From assembly GCA_023436205.1 (NCBI GenBank), contig JAEZKC010000055.1, positions 9,542 to 73,541 on the forward strand: 64,000 nt of DNA. Reading direction: 5' to 3'. The DNA comes from Fibrobacterota bacterium (GTDB lineage Bacteria; Fibrobacterota; Chitinivibrionia; Chitinivibrionales; Chitinispirillaceae). A program made the position numbers and the translations under genes. Positions 1 to 9,165 of this stretch are shown one piece after another. The notes under the pieces are model-generated. The model did not search any database, had not been told where the DNA came from, and worked only from the letters and a program-made list of their open reading frames with translations. Within the stretch, counting starts at the first letter, position 1, and each line of letters opens with the position of its first letter.

Positions 1-1
1 A

Positions 2-1192
2 CAGGGGCATCAGGTCATTATTGTAGCTCCCACCTACGGAAGAACCGATGAACGGGAGGAGGGCGTAATTCGTGTACCGGCCATCCAGCATTTCAATGGA
101 ACCGATTTTTCCGTGCAGCTTCCCATTCCGGGGGTGCTTAGTGCGGCTCTGAAAAACTTTCATCCGCACATCATTCATTCTCACCATCCCTATCTTCTGG
201 GGGATTCCGCCCTCAGGCTTGCTGCTCAGCATCAGATCCCCATAGTTTTCACTTTCCATACCTTTTATGAGAAATACACTCACTATGTTCCCGGTAATTC
301 TCCTGCATTGAAGCGGTTTGTGAGTGCACTGGCCACCGGGTATGCCAATCTCTGCGACACGGTGATTGCTCCCAGCAGGGCCGTGGCGGAGGAAATCGTC
401 CGGCGGGGAGTGGATTCTCCAGTGGAGGTGATCCCGACCGGTATAGATACTGCCCGTTTCCAGCATGGGGATCGTCAGGGCATGAGGGCAACCTGCAAAT
501 TGCCCTCCGATGCTTTTGTGGTGGGGTTTGTTTCCAGACTGGCTCCTGAAAAAAATGTGGGTTTTCTTTCGCGGGCTGTATGTGAATTAATGCAAAGGGA
601 ATCGCGTGTTCATTTCCTTCTGGTTGGAAACGGACCTTCTGAAAACGAGATGGCCAGCTATTTTGAGCAGTGCCGATTACTCGATCGGTTTCATCATGTC
701 GGAACGCTGGTTGGTCAGCAGTTGGTTGATGCTTATCACGCCATGGATGTTTTTGCTTTTGCCTCCAATACTGAAACTCAGGGATTGGTTCTCACAGAAG
801 CCCTGGCTTCCGGAGTTCCTGTGGTGGGGCTCGATTTTCCCGTAGTGGAAGAGGTGGTTAAAGACGGCTATAATGGGTTTTTAGTGAGGGGTGGCAGTGA
901 AACGCTTTTTGTAGAGGCGCTTTTGAATGTGATGAAGGGCAGTTTTCGTCTTCGGGGGCTGCTTAGAGAGCACACGGTGGAGAGTGTGCGAAATTTCGAT
1001 CGGGAGAGCTGCGCTTTGCGGGCGCTGGAGATCTACGATTCGCTTCTGAGCAGAAGTTTTGTTTCTCGTAATCATGCAGACAGCGCCTGGAGCAGGGCCA
1101 CGCGGATGATAAAAACGGAATTTGAGTTATTAAGGAACATGACCAAAGCTACAGGAGCTGCGATCAGTGATCAGACCCGTAAAGATGGGTAG
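2..1192 (+). CDS. Glycosyltransferase family 4 (GT-B fold); 5' end lies outside the window
   Basis: The frame stays open from nt 2 (QGHQVIIVAPTYG...) into the listed ORF 113..1192. The C-terminal half carries the GT4-type motif ETQGLVLTEALASGVPVVG. Confidence 0.8.
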   Translation, partial: QGHQVIIVAPTYGRTDEREEGVIRVPAIQHFNGTDFSVQLPIPGVLSAALKNFHPHIIHSHHPYLLGDSALRLAAQHQIPIVFTFHTFYEKYTHYVPGNSPALKRFVSALATGYANLCDTVIAPSRAVAEEIVRRGVDSPVEVIPTGIDTARFQHGDRQGMRATCKLPSDAFVVGFVSRLAPEKNVGFLSRAVCELMQRESRVHFLLVGNGPSENEMASYFEQCRLLDRFHHVGTLVGQQLVDAYHAMDVFAFASNTETQGLVLTEALASGVPVVGLDFPVVEEVVKDGYNGFLVRGGSETLFVEALLNVMKGSFRLRGLLREHTVESVRNFDRESCALRALEIYDSLLSRSFVSRNHADSAWSRATRMIKTEFELLRNMTKATGAAISDQTRKDG

Positions 1193-2318
1193 GGGGGACT
1201 TATTGAGTACACGGGTTTGCATTGCCAGGGTTGGAGGCGGTCAGATAAAGATTGAGGGGTGGATCATTGCTGTTTCGCCAATTCTCATTCTGGTTCTTGT
1301 TTTCAGTATGTTTCCCTATTATTTCCGCAGCCTGAGTACTACACAGTATTGGTTAATGGGTGGGGCAGTTTTCTCCGGACTTGTGGGGACGATGCTTGTG
1401 CGGGCGGCTTTCGTGCTCTTTGCAGCGCATATTCTTGGGCTGGAGGCCCCTGTTTACGAGCTCTATCCTTTTGGGGGCATTCTGTGTCGGAATGAAAAGA
1501 CATTGAACTTCAGGGGGGAGTTGCTGCTTGGTCTGATCGGACCGTTGGTTAGCATGGTTTTTGCAGGCGTTTTCTTTCTGTTGAACGTGGCGGGAAGGGA
1601 GCTTGCATGGTCAGTTCCCACATTGGGAATTTTTGTTTTTCTTTGCTGTTGGAACCTTCTGCTTGCCATATTAAGTCTGATTCCAGTATATCCTTTTGAC
1701 GGGGGGCGGATTTTCGGGGCCGCTCTTGCAGCTCTTACCGGAAGGGCCCGCATCTTCTCGATTCTGGGCAGTATGGCGGGGAATGTTTTTTCGCTCTTTT
1801 TAATATTGGCATCCATTACATTGCTGTTTCGGGGGGTAATCGCCGGAGCTGTCTGGTGGATTCTGGTGGGGATCAGCGTCTTCTGTGTCACTGAAAGAGA
1901 ACTTCTGGGGTACCGTCTGGCCCAAAGGATCAGTGATTTTTCTGTGGGTTCCTTTGCGGTTGGTTGTGGTAGGGTTTCTTCAGGCCTCAACGTTGGGGAA
2001 TTGGTATCTCGTTGGCCTCCCGGTTCAGACCAGTTTTTTATAGTTTCAGACCGGGATAGTAGTCAGATTGCAGTTCTGTCTCTTGCACAGCTCAGGCTCA
2101 TTCCCCGCAAGCACTGGGGCACTGTTAAGGCGGGGCAGCTCGCCAGACCGGTTTGGGAATGGTGCCCCATTCCAGGGTCAAGTGGGCTTGTTGATGCTCT
2201 GCATCTGTTGCAGCGGCAAAATCGCTCAAGCAGTTTAATATCTGATGATAACGGAAATGTATTAGGTATGGTGACCATAAAGGATTTAATTTTGGGTATT
2301 CAGAAGGGTTGCTGTTAA
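1167..2318 (+). CDS. Polytopic membrane protein of the site-2-protease (M50) type with a C-terminal CBS-like region; HExxH motif not intact
   Basis: Several hydrophobic helices. LIPVYPFDGGRIF resembles the second M50 motif (NxxPxxxLDGG). The expected HExxH position reads AAHILGLE. The soluble tail ends ..NGNVLGMVTIKDLILG, which is CBS-like. The start codon is uncertain (26-nt overlap with the upstream gene). Confidence 0.55.
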   Translation: MIRPVKMGRGDLLSTRVCIARVGGGQIKIEGWIIAVSPILILVLVFSMFPYYFRSLSTTQYWLMGGAVFSGLVGTMLVRAAFVLFAAHILGLEAPVYELYPFGGILCRNEKTLNFRGELLLGLIGPLVSMVFAGVFFLLNVAGRELAWSVPTLGIFVFLCCWNLLLAILSLIPVYPFDGGRIFGAALAALTGRARIFSILGSMAGNVFSLFLILASITLLFRGVIAGAVWWILVGISVFCVTERELLGYRLAQRISDFSVGSFAVGCGRVSSGLNVGELVSRWPPGSDQFFIVSDRDSSQIAVLSLAQLRLIPRKHWGTVKAGQLARPVWEWCPIPGSSGLVDALHLLQRQNRSSSLISDDNGNVLGMVTIKDLILGIQKGCC

Positions 2319-2398
2319 GGGTAACCTTTGAGTATCTTCCCTGTCGAGCTGATTGAAAAGCCCTCGGCATGTATTCTCAAATATTTTAATCGTTTAAT

Positions 2399-4021
2399 AT
2401 GACTAGACCTCCAGAACGAACCTTATACGGTATGAGTATTTCCCCGGGATTGGCCTCGGGGCGTGCTTTCATATATACCGACATTCTGCTCAGGGATCAT
2501 GAGCTCTACACTATTCAGCAGAAGGACCTCAAGGAGGAGTTCGGTAGAATTGAGCTCGCGTTCCAGGAGGTGGCAAAGGATCTGCAGACTTCGGCTGATC
2601 GCATTGAGCGGGAGCTCAATTCCACGGTGGCCGGAATTTTCCGTTCACAGCTGGAGATTCTTAAAGATCCTCAGCTGGTGGGGGAGATCCGGGCTGAGCT
2701 GGAGACAGAGCTTATAAATGCCGAACAGATCGTGAAAAGGGTGTTTCGCAAATGGGAACTGCGGTTCAGGCAACTTCAGGATGAGGTGTTCAGTTTCAGA
2801 GCCGATGACATCATAGATCTGGGAAGAAAGATGCTCAGGGCGCTTACCGGAATTCATGCCCATACGTTGGAGCATCTGCCCTCCGGAAGTATTATAGTAG
2901 CCAAACGCCTGCTGCCCTCCGATACCGTCTTTCTATCCCGCAAATCGGCTCGGGGTATTATCACCGAGTTTGGCGGACCTGCAAGCCATGCAGCTTTGCT
3001 CACCAAGGAGATCGGCATACCGGCCATCGGTAAAATCCCCGATGTGCTCAATCTGATCCGTCATCGCGATCATCTCCTGCTCGACGGGGATAAGGGAATG
3101 CTGGTTATTGGGCCCGAAGACAAAAGTCGCCAGAAGTTTGAAAAACGTCTGGAGGAGCGAAAATCCTATATGCTCCTTTCCCGCCAGAACTGTGCAGAAA
3201 CGGCTCTCCGGCCCAACGGGCAGAAAGTGGAAGTGCTGGCCAACGTGAGCTGCCGCAGGGATGTGGAGTATGCGCTTAAAAACGGGGCGGATGGAATAGG
3301 GCTTTTCCGTATCGAGAACATCTACCTTTCCCGCAAGCTCCCGCCCACAACCCAGGAACTCTATGATGACATTGCCCGCACCATAGAACCTGCCAAAGAC
3401 AAACTGCTCACCATCAGACTTCTGGATGTGGGGGGGGATAAGCAGCTTACCTATCTCAATTATTCCTCCGGAGAAGACTCCTTTCTGGGCAGGCGCGGAG
3501 TACGCTTTCTCCTTGAATTTCCTGAACTTCTGTACACTCAGTTCAACGCACTCATCAGGCTCTCTGAGAGCTTTCCCACTATCAGGGTGCTCGTTCCCAT
3601 GGTCACCTTTTCGCAGGAGATGGCCATGATCCGGGAAATTTTTAATGATCTGATATCTGTTTCCGGACGACGCATACCTCTTGGTGCAATGATCGAAACC
3701 CCGGCAGCGGCGCTCTGCATAGAGGAACTGCTGCCCTATGTGGATTTTTTGAGCATCGGTTCAAATGATCTCACGCAGTACACGCTTGCGGTGGGGAGAG
3801 AGAACAGCAGTATTACCCAGTACTTCCTTGAAGATCATCCTGCCATTTTTAAAATGATTAAAATGGTGGCTTCCGGAGCCGGTTCTGTACCGGTTTCCCT
3901 CTGTGGTGAACTGGCAGCCCGGCTTGAATCCATCCCCGCTATCCTCGATTGCGGGATCAATACATTGAGTGTGGCACCATCTCTGATCCCCGAGGTAAAA
4001 AGGACTGTCCGCCAGTATTAA
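2399..4021 (+). CDS. ptsI: Phosphoenolpyruvate-protein phosphotransferase (PTS enzyme I family)
   Basis: Phosphohistidine-region motif GGPASHAALLTKEIGIPA, plus the PEP-utilising TIM-barrel motifs SIGSNDLTQY and SLCGELAA. Length is 540 aa. Confidence 0.85.
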   Translation: MTRPPERTLYGMSISPGLASGRAFIYTDILLRDHELYTIQQKDLKEEFGRIELAFQEVAKDLQTSADRIERELNSTVAGIFRSQLEILKDPQLVGEIRAELETELINAEQIVKRVFRKWELRFRQLQDEVFSFRADDIIDLGRKMLRALTGIHAHTLEHLPSGSIIVAKRLLPSDTVFLSRKSARGIITEFGGPASHAALLTKEIGIPAIGKIPDVLNLIRHRDHLLLDGDKGMLVIGPEDKSRQKFEKRLEERKSYMLLSRQNCAETALRPNGQKVEVLANVSCRRDVEYALKNGADGIGLFRIENIYLSRKLPPTTQELYDDIARTIEPAKDKLLTIRLLDVGGDKQLTYLNYSSGEDSFLGRRGVRFLLEFPELLYTQFNALIRLSESFPTIRVLVPMVTFSQEMAMIREIFNDLISVSGRRIPLGAMIETPAAALCIEELLPYVDFLSIGSNDLTQYTLAVGRENSSITQYFLEDHPAIFKMIKMVASGAGSVPVSLCGELAARLESIPAILDCGINTLSVAPSLIPEVKRTVRQY

Positions 4022-4023
4022 TT

Positions 4024-4050
4024 GGGGAAAAAGGGTGCACTGTGGCACCC
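4024..4050 (-). terminator. Rho-independent terminator downstream of the nadE-like gene
   Basis: Hairpin GGGTGC-actgtg-GCACCC (4033-4050), followed on the minus strand by TTTTTCCCC. It sits between the convergent ptsI and nadE-like genes. Confidence 0.55.
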
Positions 4051-4070
4051 ATGCAATCATCTTTAACTAA

Positions 4071-5087
4071 TCAGATCTCGTATGAAATTTCAGATATGCT
4101 TTCCACCAAGTGAGGCTTGAGGTGCAGGTATTGAGTGGTTTTACGCTTGTTGTCGATATCTGCAAAAACCGCAGAGCATTGTTCATGAGTAAGTCCTGTA
4201 GCTTCGCAGACACTCTCGGGAGAATACCCGTTATTTTTTGCGTACAGACAGAGATCCATCTTCTGATAGGGCAGTGAGAAGTAGAATTCCTCCTGGGATT
4301 GCTCCATGGGGTAAGTATCTGTTGTAGGCGGCCTCTTTCTGATCTCTTCAGGGATGCCCAGATATTCTGCCATCTGGTAGACCTGGGACTTGTAGAGGTG
4401 GGCGATCGGCTTGATATCTGCCGAACCATCACCGTTTTTAACAAAGAAGCCCTGATCGTATTCAAGCCTGTTGGGGCTTCCGGCCACCAGGTAATTAAGT
4501 CTGTCGGCATGGTAGTATTCGAGCATTTTGCGGATACGCTGCTTGAAATTGGTGGCAGCCACCAGCTGCAGATATGCCTGATGACTCATTCGCTCTTTTC
4601 TGGAAGTGCCGTCGGGCATCTGTACGACAAGTGAAAAGACCCTGTAAATGTTGCTGATTTGGGGGAGGACTATTTTGAAGGGAAAACCCTGCCGGTATTC
4701 GGGAATGACTGACTGAATCGCCTGGGTTTGACTGCTGTAACATCCTGCTGCTTCGAGAATTGGGGTGATATTATGCACTGTCACTTCAATGCCCAGGGCA
4801 TCTGCCACTTTCTTTCCCAAAGAGGAAGATTCGGATGCTGAATGGATTTCCGGCATAAGGATTCCAAGCACCTTTTCCTTACCTGCGGCTCTGGCGCACA
4901 GGGCAGCAGTCACGCTGGAATCGATTCCTCCGGAAAGACCGATCACTGCACCGCGACGCTTCACTTTCACCATCATCTGGCGGATTGTCTCGCAGATTCG
5001 CTCCGTCTCTTTTTTTACATCAAGTTGCAGATTCCCCATGGTTACACACTGAACTGTCGTGGACTTCTCCTGTGATCCTACTGGCAT
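4071..5087 (-). CDS. nadE: NAD+ synthetase family ATP-pyrophosphatase (NadE-like)
   Basis: PP-loop GLSGGIDSSV. NadE-type core NFKQRIRKMLEYY...VAGSPNRLEYDQGFFVKNGDGSADIKPIAHLYKSQVYQMAEYLGIP. AAGGAGG lies 8 nt upstream of the ATG at 5087. Confidence 0.75.
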   Translation of the reverse strand: MPVGSQEKSTTVQCVTMGNLQLDVKKETERICETIRQMMVKVKRRGAVIGLSGGIDSSVTAALCARAAGKEKVLGILMPEIHSASESSSLGKKVADALGIEVTVHNITPILEAAGCYSSQTQAIQSVIPEYRQGFPFKIVLPQISNIYRVFSLVVQMPDGTSRKERMSHQAYLQLVAATNFKQRIRKMLEYYHADRLNYLVAGSPNRLEYDQGFFVKNGDGSADIKPIAHLYKSQVYQMAEYLGIPEEIRKRPPTTDTYPMEQSQEEFYFSLPYQKMDLCLYAKNNGYSPESVCEATGLTHEQCSAVFADIDNKRKTTQYLHLKPHLVESISEISYEI

Positions 5088-5126
5088 CTCCCGAGTCCTC
5101 CTTTTTAATAGTGGTTCCCAAACGGG

Positions 5127-5393
5127 TCAGGAACCCACACTTTTTTTACGATTGATGAATGCAGTGATGTTGTTCACCGAATCAAGGTTTTCTGGTATCA
5201 GCTCCGAATCCTCCACTTTCACTCCGAAATTAGCCTGAATGAAATTCACCATTTCCAGAACCCCGGTGGAATCCACGATGCCCTTTTCAAGAAAACTGTC
5301 ACTTTCGGTGAATTTTATGGACCCGGTTCCCATGAGAAAATTCTGATTGATGAATTCAACTATGGCTGCCTTCATATCAGCTGTGTTGTTCAT
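5127..5393 (-). CDS. Stand-alone acyl/peptidyl carrier protein (phosphopantetheine attachment type)
   Basis: 88 aa. GIVDSTGVLEMVNFI matches the carrier-protein DSxxxxE helix-II serine motif. Confidence 0.7.
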   Translation of the reverse strand: MNNTADMKAAIVEFINQNFLMGTGSIKFTESDSFLEKGIVDSTGVLEMVNFIQANFGVKVEDSELIPENLDSVNNITAFINRKKSVGS

Positions 5394-5462
5394 GACCTCT
5401 CTCCTGTGTTCAGTTTTTTGCAGCCCCTATCTGGAAATCTGAACAAAGATTGTGCCATGAGC

Positions 5463-6854
5463 CTATACCGCTTCCAGCTGCTTCATATACGAACTGTTCT
5501 GCCGGACCCAGTCCGAAACTATTCCCTTACCCGCCAGTTTCATCACCGAGGGGAAAAATGCCTGAAAACGCGCCTCCGAGGGATAGTTGCGCAACCGACC
5601 ACTGAAGAGCTTTGCCCCGGCATTCATGAAATCTTTTAAAGCTCCGTTGTAGTTGTAAAAGGAACGGAAACAGGAAACCATGCCTTTCTGAAGCTGCAGC
5701 GCACTCATGTTTTTAGGTTTGAAGACCACATGCAGTCCATCATAAAATTCCCAGTTTTTATGCAGCAGTCGTCCTTCAGCCTCAAATTTACTGAAAACCT
5801 CTGTGCCCGGAAGTGGGGTAAGCACATTACACTGGATGTAGTTTAATCCGCTCTTGCGGGCAAATTCGCTTGTGGCATGGAATATATCGGGGCTGTCAGG
5901 ATCGTTACCGAGCATGAACATTCCGTGAACCTGTATGCCTATGGACTGAATTACTCTGATGGCGGTACTTATGTCCTCCACGGTCTGCTTTTTCTTCAGA
6001 TCGGTAAGGCTCTGAGGGTTGATCGATTCAAGCCCGATGTAGAGGATCAGGCATCCCGCTTTCTTCATCTTAGCCAAAAGCTCGGGGTTTCGAGCGATCT
6101 CGGTGCGTACCTGTGCGCTCCAGGGACGGCGAAACCCGTACTTGAGCATGCCGTCAAGAATCGCGTCGGTGCGTCGCAAATCTGCCGCAAAATTATCATC
6201 AACAAAGAAAATCCAGCCCTTGTCATAACGCATCACCTCTTCAAGTACTCTCTCGGGACTCTGCGTACGGTAATTGCGTCCGAACATCTGGGTCACTGAA
6301 CAGAAATTGCAGGTAAAGGGGCAGCCTCTGGAGGTCATAACTGGCCAGATTTTCACATTCTCCCAATCTTTCACCAGAGAAAAATCGGGAATGGGGATGC
6401 TGTCGAGGTCAATAAGCTGAGGTCCCTTGATAATCTTATCCTTGAATTTCCCCTCCAGAAGATCCCTGAAAATCGGCTCTGCCTCACCGCACACCACCTG
6501 GTCGAAATCTTCGGAAACATCGTGGGGAAGCATACTGGCGTGAATTCCTCCGATTAATGAACGGCAGGGTAGACCATTGTCGCTTCGGAGCTGTCGGTAC
6601 CTGCGGGCGATCTGACGCCCCCGCTCAACCGTGGAGGTCATGCTGGAAACAGCGAGAATATCTGCCTCCAAAAGCTCCTTATCACTCACTTCCCGTTTGA
6701 GGATGTTTTCGTTGAGGATTTGCACCTGCCATCCCCACTGCCTTGCCATGGTACCCAGGTTCACCGGACCAAGCAGAGGGATACTCATGAATTTGGAATA
6801 GACATTGAACTGGGACCCCATGGGTTCCACGAACACAAGGCTTCCTTTGGACAC
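5463..6854 (-). CDS. B12-binding-domain radical SAM protein (class B)
   Basis: CxxxCxxC cluster motif in SRGCPFTCNFCSV. It is preceded by a roughly 150-aa Rossmann-like N-terminal region typical of the cobalamin-binding domain. Confidence 0.8.
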   Translation of the reverse strand: MSKGSLVFVEPMGSQFNVYSKFMSIPLLGPVNLGTMARQWGWQVQILNENILKREVSDKELLEADILAVSSMTSTVERGRQIARRYRQLRSDNGLPCRSLIGGIHASMLPHDVSEDFDQVVCGEAEPIFRDLLEGKFKDKIIKGPQLIDLDSIPIPDFSLVKDWENVKIWPVMTSRGCPFTCNFCSVTQMFGRNYRTQSPERVLEEVMRYDKGWIFFVDDNFAADLRRTDAILDGMLKYGFRRPWSAQVRTEIARNPELLAKMKKAGCLILYIGLESINPQSLTDLKKKQTVEDISTAIRVIQSIGIQVHGMFMLGNDPDSPDIFHATSEFARKSGLNYIQCNVLTPLPGTEVFSKFEAEGRLLHKNWEFYDGLHVVFKPKNMSALQLQKGMVSCFRSFYNYNGALKDFMNAGAKLFSGRLRNYPSEARFQAFFPSVMKLAGKGIVSDWVRQNSSYMKQLEAV

Positions 6855-7150
6855 AGTTATCCTCCTGATGCGTTTTAAGAAAATCGGTATGCAAGAAGGA
6901 CAGCAAAAACCGGTCCCGCTCAGGGGATAAACCGTTCCGAGAGTTCTTTTCTTGAGGCATGCTGTGAAACTCTCTTTGCGATGTCCTTAAAAATCAGAGA
7001 CTTGCCGAATGGCTCCGCCTTTCGTTTTTCAAAGATTGACAATGATCCCCTTTCACACCGGTTCCGCAATTTCAGCCTCGTGGAATGGTTGTTGCTCTTT
7101 TATGAACGGGAAATCCTCATGTCATTTCTGAAAAAACGGGGCCACCTACC

Positions 7151-9133
7151 ATGAAAAGTGATGGAAGAGTCAGAGCTGTTGTGGAAAATCTTAAGCCTTG
7201 CCTCGACGGGGGGCGATTTCCCGTAAAGAGGGTGGAGGGTGAAAGTGTCACCGTGTGGGCCGACTGTTTCGGCGACGGGCACGATATTATAGATGCACGG
7301 GTTATGTACCGCAAGGTTGGCGACTCTCAGTGGAGTTACACATTTATGGAGTTTGTGGATAACGACCGCTGGCGGGGGGGCTTCGAGGTTCCTCTAATAG
7401 GGTCTTATGAATATACCGTGCAGGCCTGGGTCGATCAGTTTCTCACCTGGCGACACGGCCTGGAAAAGAAATTCCATGCAGATCAGGACCAGGAGGCCGA
7501 TTACCTCATCGGGGTTGAAATCCTGGGCAAAGCAAGAAGCCGGGTTGTCCCTCAGGATGCTTCAGCACTGGAACATTTCCTCAACGAAGTGGCTTACGGC
7601 ACCGATCGTCAGGCTCGCTTTGCCGCCGCCTACTCCCATGAACTGCTTGAACTCATGAGAAGAAATCCCGACACGGGGCTGGCCTACACCTGGTCTCCCG
7701 TGCTTAAGGTCACCGTCGATCGGCAAAAGGCATCCTTCAGTTCCTGGTATGAGCTGTTCCCCAGGTCGGCCACCGGCGACCCTCATGTGCACGGAAGTCT
7801 CCGTTCCTGCGAGCAGCTTTTGCCGCATATAGCCGCCATGGGGTTTGATGTGGTTTACCTGCCTCCCATACATCCTATTGGCGAGGTCAACCGCAAAGGC
7901 AAAAACAACAGTGTCACCTCCACTCCTCAAGACCCGGGAAGTCCCTGGGCCATAGGGTCCCGTTTCGGAGGGCACAAGGCGGTTGATCCAAGGCTTGGGG
8001 CTTTGGAGGATTTCGATCATTTCCTGCATCAGGCATCCACTGTGGGCCTCGAAGTGGCTATAGACATCGCTTTTCAGTGCGCGCCCGATCATCCTTACGT
8101 AAAAGAGCATCCGGAGTGGTTCACCATCAGGCCCGACGGCACTATTCAGTTTGCCGAAAATCCTCCCAAAAGGTACGAGGATATTGTCCCTTTTAATTTC
8201 GAGACCGAGGCCTGGCAGTCGCTGTGGAACGAGCTTAAGAGTGTGTTTTTCTTCTGGATTGATCACGGTGTGAGAATTTTTCGGGTCGATAACCCTCACA
8301 CCAAACCTTTCCCGTTCTGGGAATGGGTGATTGGCGAAATTAAAAAGGAGTATCCTGAAGTACTGTTTCTTTCAGAGGCTTTCACCCGTCCCAAGGTAAT
8401 GTACCGTTTAGCTAAACTGGGGTTCAGTCAGTCCTACACCTATTTCACCTGGCGCAACACTAAAGAAGAGATAACCCGTTACATGACTGAGCTTACCCGT
8501 GAAGAGCCCCGGGAGTTTTTCAGGCCTAATTTCTGGCCCAATACTCCCGATATCCTTCCGGAAATGCTTCAGTTCGGGGGTGAAAATGCATTTGTATTCC
8601 GCCTGGTGTTGGCGGCTACTTTATGCTCCAATTTCGGACTGTACGGACCTGCCTATGAGCAGGCTGTAAGCGAGGGGCTTGCGGGTAAAGAGGAGTACGC
8701 CGATTCCGAAAAATACCAGATCTATGCCTGGGAGCGTTCCAAGGGAGAGCGCATCCGCAGAACGATCACGGCTCTTAACAGGGCACGCAAGGAAAACGAG
8801 GCGTTACAGTCCAACCGCTATCTGGAGTTCTACCAAATAGATAACGATTATATGCTCTTCTATGGAAAGCGCACACCCGATCTGTCAAACATCATCCTGG
8901 TGGTGGTCAATCTCGATCCTTTCCACGTTCAGAAGGGGCGACTGAAGGTACCTCTCTTTGAATTGGGTATAGAGCCCTCCCAGACCTACCTGCTGGAGGA
9001 TCTTCTGGGGGGGGACAAATACGTGTGGCACGCTGCGGAAAACGAAATTTCCCTCGACCCCTCGGTTTCCCCGGCATCGCTTTTCCGGGTTCACCGCAAG
9101 CTGCGCAGGGAAGTTGATTTTGACTACTATTGA
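7151..9133 (+). CDS. glgE: Alpha-1,4-glucan:maltose-1-phosphate maltosyltransferase
   Basis: The N-terminal GlgE-specific domain ([20 protein letters not shown]) and the GH13 catalytic motif [11 protein letters not shown]. Confidence 0.9.
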   Translation: MKSDGRVRAVVENLKPCLDGGRFPVKRVEGESVTVWADCFGDGHDIIDARVMYRKVGDSQWSYTFMEFVDNDRWRGGFEVPLIGSYEYTVQAWVDQFLTWRHGLEKKFHADQDQEADYLIGVEILGKARSRVVPQDASALEHFLNEVAYGTDRQARFAAAYSHELLELMRRNPDTGLAYTWSPVLKVTVDRQKASFSSWYELFPRSATGDPHVHGSLRSCEQLLPHIAAMGFDVVYLPPIHPIGEVNRKGKNNSVTSTPQDPGSPWAIGSRFGGHKAVDPRLGALEDFDHFLHQASTVGLEVAIDIAFQCAPDHPYVKEHPEWFTIRPDGTIQFAENPPKRYEDIVPFNFETEAWQSLWNELKSVFFFWIDHGVRIFRVDNPHTKPFPFWEWVIGEIKKEYPEVLFLSEAFTRPKVMYRLAKLGFSQSYTYFTWRNTKEEITRYMTELTREEPREFFRPNFWPNTPDILPEMLQFGGENAFVFRLVLAATLCSNFGLYGPAYEQAVSEGLAGKEEYADSEKYQIYAWERSKGERIRRTITALNRARKENEALQSNRYLEFYQIDNDYMLFYGKRTPDLSNIILVVVNLDPFHVQKGRLKVPLFELGIEPSQTYLLEDLLGGDKYVWHAAENEISLDPSVSPASLFRVHRKLRREVDFDYY

Positions 9134-9165
9134 TCTTTGGTCCCGAATGCTCGAGAGGTGAACTG

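Noticed and set aside
7562-8299. 245-aa ORF on the minus strand
   Set aside because: It lies entirely antisense within glgE, whose product has strong family motifs. It is a shadow ORF.
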